From the NCBI GenBank assembly GCA_963808765.1, contig CAWEHH010000037.1, positions 86,999 through 150,998 of the forward strand: a DNA stretch of 64,000 nucleotides. Direction: 5' to 3'. A program made the position numbers and the translations under genes. Positions 60,512 through 64,000 of this stretch are shown here, one piece after another (within the stretch, counting starts at the first letter, position 1; each line of letters starts with the position of its first letter). Below the pieces are notes generated by a model, which was given only the letters and a program-made list of their open reading frames with translations, was not told the origin of the DNA and searched no databases. This DNA comes from an uncultured beta proteobacterium. GTDB lineage: Bacteria; Pseudomonadota; Gammaproteobacteria; Burkholderiales; SG8-41.

Positions 60512-61268
60512 GTCCCAGCGCTTCGAACATGCGGCGCACGACGCGATTGCGGCCTTCCCGCAGCACGATGCGATACCAGTGGTTGGACCCCTCGCCGCCC
60601 TCGTCGGAAACCGCGTCGCACTTCGCCAGACCGTCGGAGAGCTCGATACCGTTCTTCAGCCGCTCGAGCTGGCTCGCGTTGAGCTGCCCGATGATGCGCA
60701 CCGCGTATTCGCGCTCGACGGCGAATCGCGGATGCATCATGCGATTCGCGAGCTCGCCCGACGTCGTGAAGATGAGCAGGCCCGACGTGTTGTAATCGAG
60801 ACGCCCCACCGCGAGCCACTTGGCGCCTCGCAGTTGCGGCAACTGGTCGAAGACACTCGCGCGCCCTTCCGGGTCTTCGTGCGACACGATCTCGCCTTCG
60901 GGCTTGTGATAGACGAGCACGCGCGGCAGTCGATGCGTTGCCGGCCAGCGCACGCTCTTCCTGCCGATGCGGATCGAGTCGCTCGGGTTGACACGCGTGC
61001 CGATCGTCGCGACCGTGCCGTTCACCGTCACCTTGCCTTCGCGGATCCACTCTTCCATGAGCCGGCGCGAGCCGAGCCCCGCCTGGGCGAGCACTTTGTG
61101 CAGCTTCTGCGAGGGCGCATCGACCAGCGGGCGGTGCGCGGCGGTGCGCGCATAGCCGCGGGAGGTCGCGGGGCGGCTTCTCGAACCTGCCGCGAGCTTG
61201 CGCGTGGGCGGACGCAGCGGGCTGCGCGTGCGGTTGCGGCTGCGGCTGGCCTGTCTGTGCTGCGCCAT
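60348..61268 (-). CDS. rluB: 23S rRNA pseudouridine synthase (RluB/RsuA family)
   Basis: KLHKVLAQAGLGSRR S4 domain, GRLDYNTSGL, EGRNRVVRR. Confidence 0.85.
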   Translation of the reverse strand: MAQHRQASRSRNRTRSPLRPPTRKLAAGSRSRPATSRGYARTAAHRPLVDAPSQKLHKVLAQAGLGSRRLMEEWIREGKVTVNGTVATIGTRVNPSDSIRIGRKSVRWPATHRLPRVLVYHKPEGEIVSHEDPEGRASVFDQLPQLRGAKWLAVGRLDYNTSGLLIFTTSGELANRMMHPRFAVEREYAVRIIGQLNASQLERLKNGIELSDGLAKCDAVSDEGGEGSNHWYRIVLREGRNRVVRRMFEALGLTVSRLIRVRFGVVALPPRLKRGQVTSLPAAEVKRLLAWLDDAQPASPREAPLA

Positions 61269-61289
61269 CGGCGTCGACCTTAAGAGTCC

Positions 61290-61886
61290 CTAAGCCTCGC
61301 GCCGTTCGAAAACGGCCTGCGCGAGTGTACCGCTGTCGACGTGCTCGAGCTCGCCGCCGACCGGCAGGCCGCGCGCGATACGACTGACTTTCAATCCTCG
61401 CGCGCGCAAGAGCTCCCCGACGTAATGCGCCGTCGCTTCGCCTTCGACGGTGAAGTTCGTGGCAAGGATCGCTTCACGCACGACGCCGTCCGTCGCCCGC
61501 CGCACGAGCCGGTCCAGATGGATTTCGCGCGGACCGATGCCGTCGAGCGGTGAGAGCGCGCCCATCAGCACGAAATACAAGCCTTCGTAGCACTGCGCCT
61601 GCTCCATCATCAGTAGATCCGCGGGTGTCTCCACGACGCAGAGCAGGCCCGGGTCGCGCCGCTGCGAGCGGCACAGCACGCATACGGGGTCTTCGGTGAA
61701 GCTGTTGCAGCGCTCGCAATGCCGCATGCGCTCCAGTGCGAGCGCGAGCGCGGCGGCAAGACGCTGCGCGCCCGGCTTGTCGCGCTGGAGCAGATGGTAG
61801 GCCATGCGCTGCGCCGACTTCGGACCCACGCCCGGCAGACAGCGCAAGGCGGCGATCAGCTCCTCGAGCGTGGCAGGGGTTTTCAT
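61290..61886 (-). CDS. recR: Recombination mediator RecR
   Basis: [12 protein letters not shown]4 zinc finger, EGEATA. Confidence 0.97.
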   Translation of the reverse strand: MKTPATLEELIAALRCLPGVGPKSAQRMAYHLLQRDKPGAQRLAAALALALERMRHCERCNSFTEDPVCVLCRSQRRDPGLLCVVETPADLLMMEQAQCYEGLYFVLMGALSPLDGIGPREIHLDRLVRRATDGVVREAILATNFTVEGEATAHYVGELLRARGLKVSRIARGLPVGGELEHVDSGTLAQAVFERREA

Positions 61887-62008
61887 CGAGGGATGAGGGA
61901 TGACGGATGAGAGTGATGAATGAAAGCGCCTGAACAACAGACGAATCGCGGCAACAAGCACTGTCCGCCCGTCATTCACCGGCACGGGCCTTCCAACATG
62001 CCATTCTC

Positions 62009-62332
62009 CTAGAACGGAAGCTTGAAGCCCGGCGGAAGCGGCATCCCCGCCGTGACACCCGCCATCTTCTCCTGCACCGTGCTCTCGACCCGCCGCACGG
62101 CGTCGTTCACGGCGGCTGCGATCAGGTCTTCGAGCATGTCCTTGTCGTCCTTGAGCAGGCTTTCGTCGATGGAGACGCGCTTCACGTCATGGCGGCAGGT
62201 CATGACCACCTTGACCATGCCCGCGCCGGATTGTCCCTCCACTTCCATGGAAGCGAGCTGCTCCTGCGCCTTCTTCATGTTTTCCTGCATCTGCTGCGCC
62301 TGCTTCATGAGCCCGGCAAGCTGGTTCTTCAT
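62009..62332 (-). CDS. ybaB: YbaB/EbfC nucleoid-associated protein
   Basis: [27 protein letters not shown]; between dnaX and recR. Confidence 0.95.
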   Translation of the reverse strand: MKNQLAGLMKQAQQMQENMKKAQEQLASMEVEGQSGAGMVKVVMTCRHDVKRVSIDESLLKDDKDMLEDLIAAAVNDAVRRVESTVQEKMAGVTAGMPLPPGFKLPF

Positions 62333-62343
62333 ATCGTTCCCTA

Positions 62344-64000
62344 TCACTGTAGAGGTTTGATGGAGCCTTCGTTCACGCGCGCGTCGAAGTTTTCGACCAG
62401 ATCCCGCACGAAAGGATCCTGCTCGATTTCCGCGATCGCTTTCGCCTGCTGCCGCTCGCGTTCGCGCTCCGCAAGAGCGGATGGAGAGCTGCCGTTCGCT
62501 TCACCCACGCGGATGGAAATCCTGACCGTCGCGCCAAACTGTTTTGTCAACGCGGCCTTGAGCCGTTCTTCGTAGCCCTTCTCGAGCAGTCGCTCATGGG
62601 CCTTAGGCAAGCGCAGCTCGATACGTTGCGCATCGAGGTGCGAGAGCTCGCAACGCTCGGCCAGCATGCGCGCCATTCCCGTCACGCCAAGTTTCTCGAC
62701 GGTCGCTGCCCATGTATTCGGGTCGAGATCCGCGGGGACCATCGGGACATCGGCCAGCGCCCGCGTCGCGGCTGTCGGAGCGGGTGGCGCAGCAGCCGAA
62801 GCGGTGGCGCGGCAGCCGGAGCGGGTGGCGCGACAGCCGGAGCGGGTGGCATGGCCGCCGGGGCGCTCACCGCGGCCGCCGAAGAACGCGGCGCGGCGTC
62901 CTGAACGGGAAGGCTCGAGCGCGGCGTGTGCCCGCGTTCGCGTGTCCCCTGCGCCGCGGGTTCGACAGGCGTTTCGCTCGCCGGCGCGAAGGCGAGCATT
63001 CTGATGAGCGCCATCGTGAAGCCCGCGTATTCGTCCGGCGCGAAACCGATCTCGCTGCGCGCCTGCACCGCGATCTGATAGTAGAGCTGCAACTCCTCGG
63101 CGCTGAAGAGCGCAGCGAGCTCGCGCAGCGCGGCGACGTCGGGATCTTCCTCGGACACGGCCTGCGGCACGATCTGCAGCAGCGCGATCCTGTGCAGCAG
63201 CGTTCCCAGATCCTGCAGCGCCATTTCGAAAGAGAGCGAGCGCTCGGCCATCCGGTCCGCTTCGGCGATCGCCTGTGCGCCGTCCGAGCGGCTGAGCGCG
63301 CGCAGGATCGCGTGCAGATAGGTCTGATCGACCGCGCCCAGCATGGCGCGTGTGGGCTCGAGCTCGACTTTGCCGGCGCCATACGCGATCGCCTGGTCCA
63401 GCAACGACAGCGCGTCGCGGAGACTCCCCTGCGCAGCGCGTGCTATCGCCGCGACCGCGGGCGGCTCGAACGCGACCGCTTCGGCCTCCAGCACCTTCGC
63501 GAGCTGTTGCTGGATCTGTGCGGCCGGAATCTGCTTCAGGTTGAACTGGAGGCACCGGGACAGCACGGTGACCGGAATCTTCTGCGGCTCGGTCGTCGCG
63601 AGGACGAACTTCACGTGCTCCGGCGGCTCTTCGAGCGTCTTCAGCATCGCGTTGAACGCATTGCGCGAGAGCATGTGCACTTCATCGATGATGTAGACCT
63701 TGTAACGGGCGGCGGTCGGCGCATACAGCGCGTTTTCAAGGAGCTCCCGCATGTTGTCGACCTGCGTGTTGGAGGCCGCATCGAGCTCGATCAGATCGAC
63801 GAAACGTCCCGCATCGATCTCGGTGCACGCCGGACACGTGCCGCACGGCGCGTCGGTCACGCCGGTTTCGCAGTTCAGCGCCTTCGCGATGATGCGGGCG
63901 AGCGTCGTCTTGCCGACGCCGCGCGTGCCCGTGAAGAGATACGCATGGTGCAGACGCCCCTCGCGCAGCGCGTTCGACAGCGCGCGCACGACATGCTCCT
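62344..64000 (-). CDS. dnaX: DNA polymerase III subunit gamma/tau (5' end outside the window; frameshift in the Pro/Ala repeat near 62800)
   Basis: [31 protein letters not shown]-like [14 protein letters not shown]; C-terminal [13 protein letters not shown]. Confidence 0.96.

Noticed and set aside
62770-62860. Programmed dnaX gamma/tau frameshift
   Set aside because: No A-AAA-AAG or poly-A slippery site; the shift falls in a 21-bp Pro/Ala tandem repeat where one unit is a base short

Overview
GC-rich betaproteobacterial (Burkholderiales-like, inferred from gene content and order) chromosomal window with two parts. (1) ~1-28.9 kb is an accessory catabolic region abutting the 3' ends of tRNA-His/tRNA-Arg. 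It holds a periplasmic redox cluster (SorT/SorU-like sulfite dehydrogenase, a PQQ dehydrogenase with the lanthanide-type Asp, cytochrome c), six Bug/TctC binding-protein genes or remnants, paired paralogs (2 ThDP enzymes, 2 MmgE/PrpD, 2 cytoplasmic CapA-family metallohydrolases), an orphan form-II CoxL-like molybdoenzyme, CoxG, a LysR regulator, an atypical HpcH aldolase, gene fragments and three IS elements (IS701, IS1182, IS3 remnant). (2) ~29-64 kb is core genome: dksA, rimP-nusA-infB-rbfA-truB-rpsO-pnp, a lexA-imuA-imuB-dnaE2 SOS mutagenesis cassette, smc-zipA-ligA-galU-hpt-mtnP-def, queF, dapC-dapD-pilU-prmB and dnaX-ybaB-recR-rluB. Many genes, including core genes, carry single-base frameshifts, most likely long-read assembly errors. 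The most unusual non-coding signal is a dispersed structured repeat (core ACGAACAGAGGG..CCATGGTTTCCCTCCGTAACCTCCTTTCCTT, containing an anti-Shine-Dalgarno mimic) found 5-6 times, always in the sense orientation of the neighbouring transcript. One copy is duplicated exactly (124 bp, CTAG-bounded) on both sides of the IS701 element, and two closely related copies bracket the whole SOS mutagenesis cassette as direct repeats. All annotations are by eye from motifs; no database searches were run.
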